Shown here in pieces: positions 23,025 through 34,901 of a stretch of 64,000 bases of DNA. Position numbers and translations under genes: made by a program. Position 1 is the stretch's first letter, and the number at the start of each line of letters is the position of its first letter. Under the pieces are notes generated by a model. That model searched no databases, was not told where the DNA came from, and worked only from the letters and a program-made list of their open reading frames with translations. Source of the stretch: Balamuthia mandrillaris (Eukaryota); contig JAVKOQ020000098.1 in the NCBI GenBank assembly GCA_031835245.2, positions 62,001 to 126,000 of the forward strand, given 5' to 3'.

Positions 23025-24005
23025 TCAAAAAACAAAAGGGGTCAGTCTCTCAGCAAACGAGTCTTCGCTTTGGCCGTCTTGCGAGGACTCGCTGTTGCCG
23101 TCCTGGGAGTGGTCCGAGGAGGAGGAGTTGGGTAGCTCCACAAAACCTTCCACAGCCAAGAGGAACACTTCTTTCCATTGCTTCGTCATCACGTCCCTTT
23201 CCTCCACCTCGCGAGTCTTGACCTTTATTATGCCGTCGTCGTACGCAGGCCAGTCGAAAGCATAATAGGACCATCCAAGGTAGACCACCACTCCCTCTCC
23301 AACGGGCATGAAGAACACAGCACACAGCTCCTCGCCATCCTGCTCCGCAGCGTAGAGACACACAGCTTCTTCAGGCCAACCCGTGGTCATGTTGGCCACT
23401 TGGTCACGTTCCCAATCCTCCACAAAGGCGGGGCCGTTGGCGAAGGGGGTGTCTTGGGCGGCTTCTGTCTTCTCGAACACTTCCTCCGTCAACTGCCTGG
23501 CTTTGATTTCAATAGGCCCATTATTCGCTTCAACGACGGTAAAGTTGAGAGACAAGAGCCCGCTGAGGGATTCGAGGTCTCCCGTCCATACCACCACTCC
23601 TCCGTTGTTGAGGTATTGCGTGAACACCTCAGGCAGGTCTTGCGGAGGAGGCCCCTCAATGTCCAAAGTGGGAACGACCAAGACCGGGGTGTTGGAGAGA
23701 ACTTCGATCACCTCGTCCTCCACGCTGCCATAATGATCGCCCAAATTGGAAAGGAAGGTCGTGTTGTGGCCGCGTTGGCTCAGGAAGATGGCGAAGAAAA
23801 AGGAGGGAGAGGCGTAGTAAGGCCCGCCCTCTCCACGGTAGTCCCCAAAGTAGGGGTTTTCCACAATGTTATCGTCGGTGAGTAGAGCAACCTCGATGAG
23901 GTGGTCCGCCTTTGCTCCCTCCCACTTGGTGATTTGGGCGGTGCTGCCGGTGGCGAAGAAGAGAATGGCAAGGGTGAAGACCAGGAAAATCAGTGACCTG
24001 GTCAT
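23025..24005 (-). CDS. Secreted acidic protein, possible class I glutamine-amidotransferase-like fold (intronless)
   Basis: Signal peptide MTRSLIFLVFTLAILFFATGSTA; VLVVP, TQYLNNGGVVVWTG, PVGEGVVVYLGW motifs. Confidence 0.7.
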   Translation of the reverse strand: MTRSLIFLVFTLAILFFATGSTAQITKWEGAKADHLIEVALLTDDNIVENPYFGDYRGEGGPYYASPSFFFAIFLSQRGHNTTFLSNLGDHYGSVEDEVIEVLSNTPVLVVPTLDIEGPPPQDLPEVFTQYLNNGGVVVWTGDLESLSGLLSLNFTVVEANNGPIEIKARQLTEEVFEKTEAAQDTPFANGPAFVEDWERDQVANMTTGWPEEAVCLYAAEQDGEELCAVFFMPVGEGVVVYLGWSYYAFDWPAYDDGIIKVKTREVEERDVMTKQWKEVFLLAVEGFVELPNSSSSDHSQDGNSESSQDGQSEDSFAERLTPFVF

Positions 24006-24217
24006 TGTGTGCGTTTTGTTTGTTTGTTTAAACCATTTTTGTTCACTTAAGGTGTTGAAAAACAAAAGAAAGAAGAGGGAGTTGAAGCGGAGCATCAGTT
24101 TCAACAAACAGGTGCAGGAAAGGGAGCGTCGACGACAAGGCAATCCTGACGCCACTAATTGACCAGCCTCGAATTGCTGAGCAACGCCAAAAGCAGGAAA
24201 GAAGGGACATCAATTTT

Positions 24218-24815
24218 CGGTTTCGTCGATCCTGAACATCCAGGCTGGGTATGGCGTCTCCAACGTTGTCTCTACCGCCTCAAGCAAGCTCCCAGAAGAA
24301 AATTCTGGAATCATCGAGTCTCGGTTTTGTCCAATCCTCAGCTGATCAGAACCTCTTCCTCCTAGGCCGAAGCGGGAGAAGAAATCATCTTTCTCTCTCT
24401 TCTTTGCGTGGACGACTTACTCATCGTCACCTCCAACAAGCAACTTCTTGCCTACACCAAATCCGAACTCTCTCTGACGTTTCGACATGAACGACCCCGG
24501 CCAAGCCTTGGGCTTGAAATCCAACGTGATCGCGAGAATCGCAAAACTACTCGTCAACAAACCAAACACTTCAACCTCTCCAAAGACTCATCGTTCTCCC
24601 AGTTTACTCCGTCTCCCCAAGAAACGACCCGACAAAGCTCTGGCCACCAAGATACCTTACCGCAGCGCAGCTGCCGCCATGTGTACGCCATGGTCGGAAC
24701 CCGGCCTGACGTTGTTGCTGCCATGTGTACGCCATGCTGTCAGCCAAGGTTCTCGATTCCTCTCCGAGCCAACTCCTCAACATTGGAAATCAGAGAAGCC
24801 CATCCTTCATTTTTT
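24218..24815 (+). mobile_element. Degenerate Ty1/copia reverse transcriptase fragment
   Basis: Frameshifted pieces: GFVDPEHPGWVWRLQRCLYRLKQAPR, LGFVQSSADQNLF, CVDDLLIVTSN (YVDD-like), LGLEIQRDR, IPYRS, YAMVGTRPDV, PTPQHW. Confidence 0.88.
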
Positions 24816-25217
24816 TCAAGTTTCGAATGGTGAATGAATTATTCGAACGTGACGCGACGCTACCACCATCCCTGCGGATAACAAAGGTTCTATCGGCTTG
24901 GCCAAGAATCCTGTTTATAATCCAACGGCCAAGGTCCCCGTCCGTTAAATGTTCAAACAGAGAGTAGAGACAGCAGTGACCGTCTGGAGACTGTCTGCAA
25001 AAACTTCGGGTGTGAAGTTCTTCAACGCATTCAGTTTGCTACTCTCATCCCTCTTTCCCTCTCTCCTCTCTCGCCCCCAATGTGGTATAGGTTTTTATAC
25101 TATGCCGTTCTTGTTTTTTTCCTCTCTTCTTTTTGTTGTGTAAATAATAATATTTTTATTTATTTATTTTTTGTATTCGGGAATTAATTACAAAGAAGAA
25201 AAGAAAAGAGAAGCGTT

Positions 25218-25482
25218 ATGATAGAGTTGCCGGAAGCATGCGCAGACGAGACTTCTCTTTCGCCTCTTGAGTTCTACAATACCTTTACCTGTGGCCATTT
25301 CGAGTTCGCTTGTCGCTTCTCTCTCTCTCTCTTCTCTCCGCCCCTATCTCTCTCCTTCTCCTCCCTACTCTGATTTCTCTCCTCTCTGCTCTCTTCTCTT
25401 TGGTGACAACTAACGTGTCTCTCTTCTCTTTCTCTTTCTCGTTTCTCGTTTCTCTTTTCTCTTTCTCTTTCTCTTTTCTCTT

Positions 25483-25521
<39 letters not shown>

Positions 25522-26749
25522 GCTCAAAAGTTTTGTAACTTTGGACATAAGAGCGAAAGAAGACTTTGTTGCCTCTCATGTGCTTCGCTCTCTCTCGTTC
25601 AGCATAGACGCAGCGGACGTGGAGAAGAGCGCGAGGGATGCCGCCGTCGTGCAAGACTACGTGGCCAGGCTCAGAAAGACGCTCCAAGAGGTCTTTTGGA
25701 TGTGTAGGTTGGCCGTCGTCAATGAGGACGGGACGTGGGGACCCAAAGAACGTTTCCTGAAGCAGCTGCTCGTTGCGGCTGGCAAATCTTCCTCGCTTGT
25801 TTACTGCTCCACGATTATAGGTATTACTCTCTTTCTCTTCCCTCTTCCCTCTCTTGTGCTCTAGTTCTTTGTTTCTCTCCGCTCTCCTCTCTTCTCTCTT
25901 CTCCTTTGCCGCTCCTGCACCCTCTCTTCCTTCTCGAAGACTTCCTAACTCGCTTCTCTTCTTGAACGGCACAGGCGGCATAGAAGCTTTAAAACGATCT
26001 TTTCCGTTCATAGTCACTTCTCCAAAACCTATTCCTAAAGAGAAAGCGAAAGAGAAAGAAGAACAATCGAAAGATGGAGAAGAAGCACAAGAGGATGATG
26101 ATGATGACGATGAAGATGATGATGAATGCCTTATCACCGGTTTTCCATCAGTGATTCTTGATGACTTTCTTTATCTCGGCGACTGGCAAGCTGCCAACAA
26201 CAAAGAAGTATTGGAGAAACTCGGAATCGGGCGGATAGTCAACTGTACTCCTCACGAGAACGCTTTTAAAGAAGACGATGCCTTTCGCTACTATCAAATC
26301 GCCATTCAAGATTCTTATACGCAGACCATTTCAGACCATTTTGAAGCTGCTTCTTCTTTCATAGGTTTACTTTTCTCTCTTTTCGTCTTCATTCATTTTT
26401 GTTTATGCTTTTCTTTAATATGTTGAACAGAACAAGCCGAAAAGGAATCGCAGAAAGTGCTGATACATTGTGAAGCTGGTTAACTTCTTCTTTCTTCTCA
26501 ATTTGTCGTTTCTCTCTTTTCTGCAACTTTATTCATGTTTTATTTCATAACATCGTCCGCGAAACAGGAGTGAGCAGGTCCTGCACAATAACTCTGGCGT
26601 ATCTCATGCGATGTAAAGGATGGCCTCTTCACGTCGCGTTTACTCATGTCAAAAGCAGACGCAGCATTGTATCTCCCAACCATGGTTTTGTGGATCAGCT
26701 CGAATCCTATGAACGCCAACTCTTCTCCCCATCATCTCACGACTCTTAA
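25218..26749 (+). CDS. Dual-specificity protein phosphatase with N-terminal rhodanese-like domain (MKP-like, multi-exon)
   Basis: TLDIRAKEDFVASHV; PSVILDDFLYLGD; spliced VLIHCEA/GVSRSCTITLAYLM (HCxxGxSR); RRSIVSPNHGF. Confidence 0.92.
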
Positions 26750-26934
26750 ACGAGATTATTAAAAGGTTGTATTCTGTTTCTCTCTCGAGTTTGTTTCTTT
26801 GGTTTCCTATCATTGCTGTTGCTGCCTGCTCAACCGTTACGAAAACGTGAGCAAGGCAGAAACCTATCCTGAAGGCAGTGTTTGAGGGTTACGAACAGGC
26901 ACTCCCCTTTTAAATCAACCAACGAGGTTATAGC

Positions 26935-28511
26935 GTGAAAGTGAAGTCGTTTGGAGAATCAACGCTGCGGTGCTTCTCGCTGGGCGCCTGTCATGCAACC
27001 CCGCGGCGACGAGTCACTCTGGTGGGGCTTGTATGCTTGCTCCTCACTGCCTTGTTGATCGAGTTGCGCTTCTCCTCTTTGACTTGCTCAACGCGCGGCT
27101 CTGCACTTTCTTCTCCTCGGCAGCATCTTCCTGCATCTCCTCTGTCTGAACTTGACAGTCCTTCGTCTCTTTCTGATACCAACGGTACCTCAGACACCGT
27201 TCTCTCAAAGCAACTAAATCATGAAGCGAAGGATACCGACCCTTCTCCAAAGGAAGCTAGTTCTTCTCCGAGTGAACAGCCGAGTCCTTCTGTTGGTGAG
27301 TTGACGATAGAAAAGGAAGCTACAAGGAGACCCATAACGTCCAAGGACGTGGTGTTCGTGATAGCTCCTGACATCAATCCTAGATATTATTCCCGTTCCA
27401 TTAAGTGGCTCAGGTTAGCTCCCGCTTCCTTGGTTCTACTCCTTTCTCTTCTTCTTCCTCTTCTTGTTCCTCCTTCTGCTCTCCTTCTTTTTTCTTGCGA
27501 TCTCTTTTGCTTTCCGTGCCACCTCTTATTTTTTTCTTTTATTCTGTTCCTCTAACTTTGGTATTTGCATCAAGGTCTCTTCGATTCATGGGAGGTACTC
27601 TATCCAACGCAACCGCCGTGCTCATGTTCCCAGAACTCCCTACAGATCCTTCTTATCTAGAGGCAGCTACCAAGTACAATCCTCTCATCCGAGTAACGGG
27701 CAGGGCCACAAATAATTGTGCCCCAGGACATAAGGTAGACATCTTCAAGTTGGCTGAGCTGGCTGCGTTCAAGTTTGTCATAATGATGGATTGCGATACC
27801 GTCATCCTTCGAGACATAACTCCTGAATTGATGGCTATGACCTGCGATTCCTTTTACGCCTCTCCTGCCGGTACCGTTCCTATCTCTCCTCCCTCGCTCT
27901 CGCTCTCTCTTTCCTTGCTCTTTCGTTTCCATGTTCATTGTTTCTTTCCTGACGTCTCTATGTTCCCGATACAAAAAATAGAGAGTCCCATTCAAAAAAC
28001 CACTAGCGCACACATCTTACAATACGCTAAAGATGCGCTTGCAATCCCAATGCCGTGGCATAACCAGGAACCTCGTTGCAAACATATTTCTTCCTCCCCA
28101 ACCACTCAAAAACGGCTCCAAGTTCAACCGGAGGAGTTCCCTTACTTCAACGCTGGCGTGATCATTCTTCCTCAAACACTTTTCAAGCCCATCACTCGCC
28201 TGTGGCACTTTTACAATGACTTCATGGCCTCCATAGGAGAGAGCTGGTTTTGCGACCAGGCCTCCCTGAGCTTGACCTTGGCCGCGTTGGACGCTCCCTA
28301 CAATTTCCTTCCCTCCGCTTTGAACGTGGCCTACGAGCTCTTGCCAACGGAGGACCTGGGAGACGTGGCCGTGTTGCATTATCATTCCACCGAAGGAACA
28401 AGAGCCGGGGAGATGCCTTTGGTGAATGTGCCTGGGAAAACGAGGGACAACGTGGCCGCCTATAACGCGATGGTACGACAACACCCGGATCCTTATCTAT
28501 CGGTGCTGTAG
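26935..28511 (+). CDS. Type II membrane glycosyltransferase, GT8-like (start codon uncertain)
   Basis: N-terminal TM LVGLVCLLLTALLI, Ser/Pro stem, IMMDCDTVILRDI (DxD), PYFNAGVII, CDQASL, VLHYH. Confidence 0.8.
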
Positions 28512-28710
28512 CTTGAGCACTGCAAGGAAGAGGCGTAACGGAGAGGTCTGGCCTTAGGCGTTGGAGCCTTGATTTTTATTTGAAAGACCATTTTGTGATT
28601 TTCTATTGGATATGATCATGATCTTTCTGGGTTGTTTGAATTTCTATTGGTGTATTATTGTCGACACGAAGAACGTACCAAGTCGCGACCGGAAGCCACA
28701 GGACGCCTGG

Positions 28711-29628
28711 ATGATGGAGGACGCAGAGGTTCACCCCCTGGGCTACAACCCACAGGTCCAAGTGCTCAAGGATGGGGAGGGGCGGGTGCAGAAGCTGAAC
28801 ATCAAGGGGCTAGAATACGTGCCGCTGCACCCTGAGCTCTTCACGCTCTCCCCTGAGTTCTTTGAGGACAAGCTCAACGAAGCTGTTCAGCTGGGCACAA
28901 AGGAGGCGTTCTTGTCGGTCATCGAGGACCAGCCCGTCTTTGGGGTCTTCTCTTTTCCGTGCTTAAAGCCCGAGTTTTGTCGCTTGCTTCTGGAAGAACT
29001 GGACCACCTTGAACGGAGTGGCGTTGGTGGGTCTTTCCTTCTCTTATGTCTTTATGTCTCGTTTTCTCTTCTTTCTTCGTCCTGCTTCTTCTCTGTTCTA
29101 TGTCTGATCCCTCCTTTCTTCTTCCTTTTGCCTCTCTTCCACTTTGTTGAAAAAGAAATGCGACGACCCAACTCAATGAACCGCTATGGCGTGATAATGG
29201 AGGCGGTTGGCTTCTCAGCTCTTATCAGAGGAATGTTGGACAAATACATTCTGCCCATGTCCTCCGTCTTCTTCCCTGACAATGGCGGAGCAGACATCAA
29301 GTATCACCATGCATTCACCGTGAGGTACAAGCTGGGAGAGGACAAGGAATTGAAGAAGCATGTGGATAACTCGGATATCACCCTCAACGTCTGTTTGGGC
29401 AAAGAGTTTGAGGGAGGAGACCTCTTGTTTCAAGGATGCAAGGACAGTGCCATCATGAAGGTGCCTGCCAAGATGCACGCCTACATGAGAGAGGAGAAGG
29501 AGGCCCTGGTTCGCCACAAAGTGGGCCACGCCCTGCTCCATTTGGGCAGTCACATACACTCGGCGAAGAAGCTCATCTCTGGAGAACGTGTCAACTTGAT
29601 CATATGGTGCAAAGCGGAGGCCTTCTGA
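28711..29628 (+). CDS. OGFOD2: 2-oxoglutarate/Fe(II) dioxygenase, OGFOD2-like
   Basis: FCRLLLEEL, RPNSMNRYG, HAFTVRY, HVD..DITLNVCLGKEFEGGDLLF, LHLGSHIHSA, GERVNLIIW. Confidence 0.88.
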   Translation: MMEDAEVHPLGYNPQVQVLKDGEGRVQKLNIKGLEYVPLHPELFTLSPEFFEDKLNEAVQLGTKEAFLSVIEDQPVFGVFSFPCLKPEFCRLLLEELDHLERSGVGGSFLLLCLYVSFSLLSSSCFFSVLCLIPPFFFLLPLFHFVEKEMRRPNSMNRYGVIMEAVGFSALIRGMLDKYILPMSSVFFPDNGGADIKYHHAFTVRYKLGEDKELKKHVDNSDITLNVCLGKEFEGGDLLFQGCKDSAIMKVPAKMHAYMREEKEALVRHKVGHALLHLGSHIHSAKKLISGERVNLIIWCKAEAF

Positions 29629-30027
29629 AGTCTAAATGTACAGCACAGCGTCTTTGAAAGCTCAAGCACTCTCTTCTGTCTGCCTGAGCAACCCCTTGGT
29701 GTGCCCGCTTGTTTCCCAGCGTCGACAAAAATTCTAAGTGAACCAGAACTCGTGCAGGTTTGTTGAAGAAAAAAGCTGACGTGTAAATTGCCAATTTTAT
29801 CCTTTAAATTTATCCAAAAAGAAAAAAAGTTAAACTTTTAATTGCTAAAAGAAACAGAAAAAGCTGAAACGTTCACTTCACTCCCCCTCTCCTGCGGTAA
29901 CTATTCCTTTGTGGCCCCCTTTTTTTTCTGTCTCCCTCCAGCGCGTTGTTCTTACCATTACTCTCCGCCTCTCTCTCTTTCTCTTTCTCTTGGTCGACGC
30001 AGTCATAAAAACAAAACCCTCACAACA

Positions 30028-30243
30028 ATGTCAGCCCAACAATTGCGCAAGCTCGAGGCGGAGAAGGAAAGGATCAAGGAGCAGCTGGAGCTCTCCAAAA
30101 ATTTCATCAAGGTGTCCGAGGCTTGCGAGCAGCTGGTGGAGTTCATCAAGAAGACGGAGGATCCCCTCTTGCCTGGCTTTGACGGCGAAATCAATCCCTG
30201 GATCAAATCGGAGGGCGGCAATGAGTGCTGCATTGCTTTCTAG
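30028..30243 (+). CDS. Heterotrimeric G-protein gamma subunit
   Basis: 71 aa; IKVSEACEQLVEF, EDPLL, NPW, C-terminal CAAX CIAF. Confidence 0.93.
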   Translation: MSAQQLRKLEAEKERIKEQLELSKNFIKVSEACEQLVEFIKKTEDPLLPGFDGEINPWIKSEGGNECCIAF

Positions 30244-30652
30244 AAAAAACCCGATTTTTTGAACGCCCCCTTTTTTTTTCCCCTCACCAAGCACTTCTTT
30301 TTTACAAAAAGTGTTTGAAGTTTGTTCAACTATATACCATGTACACAATAATCTTATTTTATTATCATTATTCCCCTGTGTTTCTTCTTCTACTCAAAAG
30401 ACAGAGTAATCGTCATCTTGTACAATTGAATCAATCGCATCGCCCTTCCCTTGTTTTTCCTCCTTTGCGCCATCCAACATGTTTTCGAGTCGACACGACC
30501 GCATTACGACGATCGATCTTTAGTTTTCCTTCGAGTCGACACGAAAAACTGGGTGAGAACTGAAAAAGGCGGGAAAAAAAACGTTCGGTGGGAAGAGAAG
30601 AGAAACAAGTAGAAAAAAAGTAGCGGAGAAAAGCAAAAGTGAACAAGAAGCA

Positions 30653-31779
30653 ATGGAAGGAAGAACGGCACAAAAGGGGAGGCAGCCGACTGCTTCTACT
30701 CGTGGCAGGAGGAATCAACGTATCACGCCTCCAGGTGGTGGTGGAGGAGGAGGAGGAAACAAGCCGCTTCGCCCACGGAACCAAACCAACAACACCTCGG
30801 CAGCCTCCTCGTCCTCGTCGGAGGCCGTGTCGGTAGCGGGGAAAAAGGCGCAGCAGCTTCAGCAACCTGCTTTGATAACGCCCATTAGCTACGTGCCAAC
30901 TGCTGTTGCCAGGGAGCAAGCGACTGTTGAGATTCTTCAACCTGGTCTTGTACTTTTACGCAACGTCATCGACCTTGACACCCAACGCTGGTTTGCGTTA
31001 TTCTCTGCTTCCCTCCTTTTTTTTGAACTCTTCTTGGCTAACAATGGTCCAAATGGGTTTTATTTTCATGGTAGGTTTGTACAGGAATGTTTTCGTTTGG
31101 GCGAAGGCAAAGATGAGAGCTCGCCTGGTTTCTTCACACGTCAAGGCAACCTGCTCAAGCTGAACATGGGCACTCGCGGGCGCCTCATTGAGCCCATCTC
31201 CTCCTTCCCTCCTCGCTTTGCTGAGCAATGCCAAAACTATCTCTCTATGGCCATGGCCGTGGATGGGGCGCTTCCCCCGATGACTCCCACCACCACCCTC
31301 GTCAACTTTTATACCGAAGGTGCCACCTTCAAGCCACACAAAGACAGCGAAGACCCTCAACTGGTTCAACAGAAGAAAGGTTCATTCTCTTTCTCTCTTG
31401 TGTTATTCTCCTTCTCTCTCTCTCTCTAACTTCTTTCTTTACTTCTTTAACAATGGCTCTAACAAACACCTCAAACACAGGAAAACCAATTGTCTCGCTG
31501 ACGATAGGACTGTCAGCAGACTTTGGGTACAAGGATCACTATGAGGACGAACACTTTAATGTGGTTCGTCTCAACAGCGGCGATGTCATCATCTTTGGCG
31601 GTCCCTCCCGCATGATTGTCCACACAGTGCTACAAGTGGTGCCGAAGACCATGCCAGCGGCATTGCGGCATTACATGCTGCGCAACGGGCGCCTCAACAT
31701 CACGTTTCGCGAGGTGAGCGGCAGTCTCGACACTTCGCAATTTCCTCGCTACAGGGTCAGCTACAATGGAGAAACATAA
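30653..31779 (+). CDS. AlkB-family 2OG-Fe(II) dioxygenase (ALKBH1-like, 3 exons)
   Basis: LQPGLVLLRN, LVNFY, HKD, PIVSLTIG.SADF, LNSGDVIIFGGPSRMIVH, GRLNITFR. Confidence 0.9.
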
Positions 31780-31927
31780 GACGAAGAAAAAGCGAATAAC
31801 GAACTACAACATACCACAAAAAGAAAGAATAGAAAGAAGTTCATTCTTACAGGTTACAAATCGAACAGATGAAATGCAAACAAAGCAGTGAAGAAGTGAA
31901 GAAGAGAAGAGGGAGGAGGGGATGTAA

Positions 31928-32206
31928 TTATTGCAAATAATGAGGGATTTCGTTATAGACGACTTGATATCTCATAACGGTGGTGCCAGGGCGAACGATC
32001 AGAGGGAAGCGAATGGTGTTAGACTCGCGGTTAATGTTTTTGGGCTTCAATGTGGGGGCGGAGAACAGGATCTTGAAGCTCCTCCACCTGAAGAGCACCT
32101 CCTCCACCACCACCTTTTCCTCCACCTTTCCTCTGTTCTTCAATGAGATTTGAATCGTCTCACGAATGAACCCTTTTTATTGTTATTGTTTGTTAGTTGT
32201 TAACCT

Positions 32207-32246
<40 letters not shown>

Positions 32247-32691
32247 GGAAAGAAAAGGAATACCTTTCTTCGGCTCGTTTTTGAATTCCAAGACCTTACG
32301 TTCGGCGGTGAGATTGGGGCATTCGCCGTAGGGAATGTTGAAGCTTTCTCCTGGATTGCTGTGCTCCATTTTGGTCTGTTTGTTGTTTGCAAAATATATA
32401 GTCAGATGGAGGAGAGGCGAACAAAGAACAGAGGAGCAGAGAAGAAAAAAACAAACGGAGTGAAGAAGACGAAGGAACAGGCCATCCGTTTGGCGGATGA
32501 AGATGTTGGCTTCTCCCTCGGGCAAGTGAAGGCCCAAGTTGTTGTCGGCTTTGTTGTCTAGCTGGATGACGGGAATGACTCGCTTGGGGAACTTTCCATC
32601 AGGGATGAGGTTGGCTTGGCTTTTGCTCACCAACTGGCCTGGGTAGTATGCCTTCCTAGGAGAGCCAGCATACTATTGCCGAAAGGTTAAC

Positions 32692-32728
<37 letters not shown>

Positions 32729-33442
32729 TTAGAGAGTAGAGAAGCGACAGAGAGCAAACCAAATTGGTCAATCGAACGCTAAAGTTGGCGTCGATGATTC
32801 GAACTTGTTTTGTCAGACCAGAGGGGAGGGTTACAGGATGAGGAAGCCTGTAACTATGAGTTCCAGAGGCGCCGCCCTTCTTTTTGTTCTTTTTCTTCTC
32901 AAAGAGGTTCATGATATCATTTTTTTTGTTGTCTTGTTCATCTTTTTCTAAAGACAAGAATAGCAGAAGATATTAATGTGGATGAAAAAGAAAGAGACGG
33001 GGAGAGAGAGAGAGAGAGAGTGAGTGAGTGAGTGAGAGAGAGAGAGAGAGAGAGAAGGAACCATGTTCCTCAGGTTCATCAGCGACAAGAGTGACGGCGG
33101 CATCTTTGAAAGTTTTGCCGGTGTTGTTGGTGATGACCCACCATCCACTCAGTTGGACTTGTTCTTCTTGAAGGACAATATCGTATTTAGCCTCCCAAGA
33201 CACTCCTGAACTTGCAGCTTTTTGAAGACAGTCAAATAATAAGACCGGAACGAAGCATGAATAAATTGAAAGTACCATAAGAAATAAGCGACTGATGAGA
33301 GGAAGATGGCTGCTGGGTGTTAACCACCGCATGCACAACTGGTTTTACCGGGAACGCGTCCGCTTCAATGCGGAACGATTCGAAGCTCTTGATCGTTACC
33401 ACCTCTTTGGAATCCTATATATATTTTAAAAGCAAGGAGAGA

Positions 33443-33482
<40 letters not shown>

Positions 33483-34045
33483 TGGAGGAGAAGGAGAGAT
33501 CGATAAGCATGGAAGAACAATAAAGAAGAGCAAGAAGTACAAACGTCTGAAAGTAGAATGACACCATCAACTGGATTGCCACCAATGAGAGTGCCTTTCA
33601 CCACCGAATGGTGGCTGTTATCCTTCAGTGTAACAATGACACTTTTGCCGTGAGCCAACTTGATGGCAGCTTCCAATGATTCTCCTCCATTATAGTATCT
33701 GCATTCCACCGAAAGCAAAGAACTGATCAGTTACTTGTTATTTAAAATTCAAAGTGCTAAAAACGAACATACGTATACTCTTGAAGAGAAGCAACACTGT
33801 CGGTGAGCGAACGGAAATGGAGAGAAGGAGGCTGAAAAGTAGTTGGCAAGTCCGCAAGAGCAGCTTCACCGGATGGTCCCACTTTGACGTCGCGCAGTTC
33901 GCTGACGTACAGTCTTCCAGTTCTGTAGAGCTCCAGGGAGGTGGCTGCCTCGAATGGTCTCTCCTCTTTCGGGAACAATTGTTCGAGTGGATGCTTTGCT
34001 CTAAACAGCTTTCCACTGTCTGTTTAAATGGTTTAAATACCAAGA

Positions 34046-34082
<37 letters not shown>

Positions 34083-34509
34083 CCAAAATCTCAGCAGTGG
34101 AGACCGGCTCCTCGTCTTCGTCAAAGGTCTGAGGTTCGTCAGGATGGTCAGGTCGAGGCGAATCCACGCTTTTGACGTCTTCATGCTCGTCAAAGCCGTC
34201 TTCCTTTTCGCTCTCAGCGTTCAGATCTTCGCCGCTCTTTTTGCTTCTGGAGAGCAGCCCAGTAACTGTTAAAGAGGAGTGTCAGCTAGAATATATTTTT
34301 GGTTGTTTGTCACCGAAAAAAGGAATACCTCGACGAGCAGACAAAGACTTTTTTATCTTTTTCTTGTCTTCAAGAGTTGGGCTGGTAAGCTCAGGGACTT
34401 CCATTTCTTCGCCAACGACAGCGGAAAAGTCTACGTCAGGGCTGCTCTCGATAGAAGATACAGCAGCCTCAGCAGCTCCCTTCGCGGCCTTCTTCGTCAA
34501 ACGTTTCAT
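31928..34509 (-). CDS. DUF4139-family protein (multi-exon; start uncertain)
   Basis: GVSWEAKYDIVL, LSGWWVITNNTGKTFKDAAVTLVA, HSYRLPHPVTL, NNLGLHLPEG, VVVEEVLFRW, MRYQVVY. Confidence 0.72.
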
Positions 34510-34901
34510 AGTGGGCAGGCAGTACTGTGTTCGTTGTTTGCTCTTTGCTGCAGTAGTTCACAAATGCCGTTATCTGCAGGCGGTAATAAGAAAACATGTC
34601 GGGAGAATAATGACCAATCATGTAACACCAATAAATTGCATTACTGTCGACTTCCTTAAATTTAAGGTAATCTCCAGGCAATTATCGTCGATTTTCATCG
34701 ATACTTTGTCGTTTCTATCTTTTTCTCATTTTCTTTCCCTCTTTTTTTTTTCCTTTTCCTTTTTCTTTTTCTTTTTAATTTTTTGTCCGACAAAACCAAC
34801 CGACAGGCCACGCCACGCGCACAGCGAATTCAGCAGCAGCAGGCAGGCCGTGATTATTTTTTTTTTCGGTTTGGTCCTCTCTCACAAAATCCAGAGAGAA
34901 G

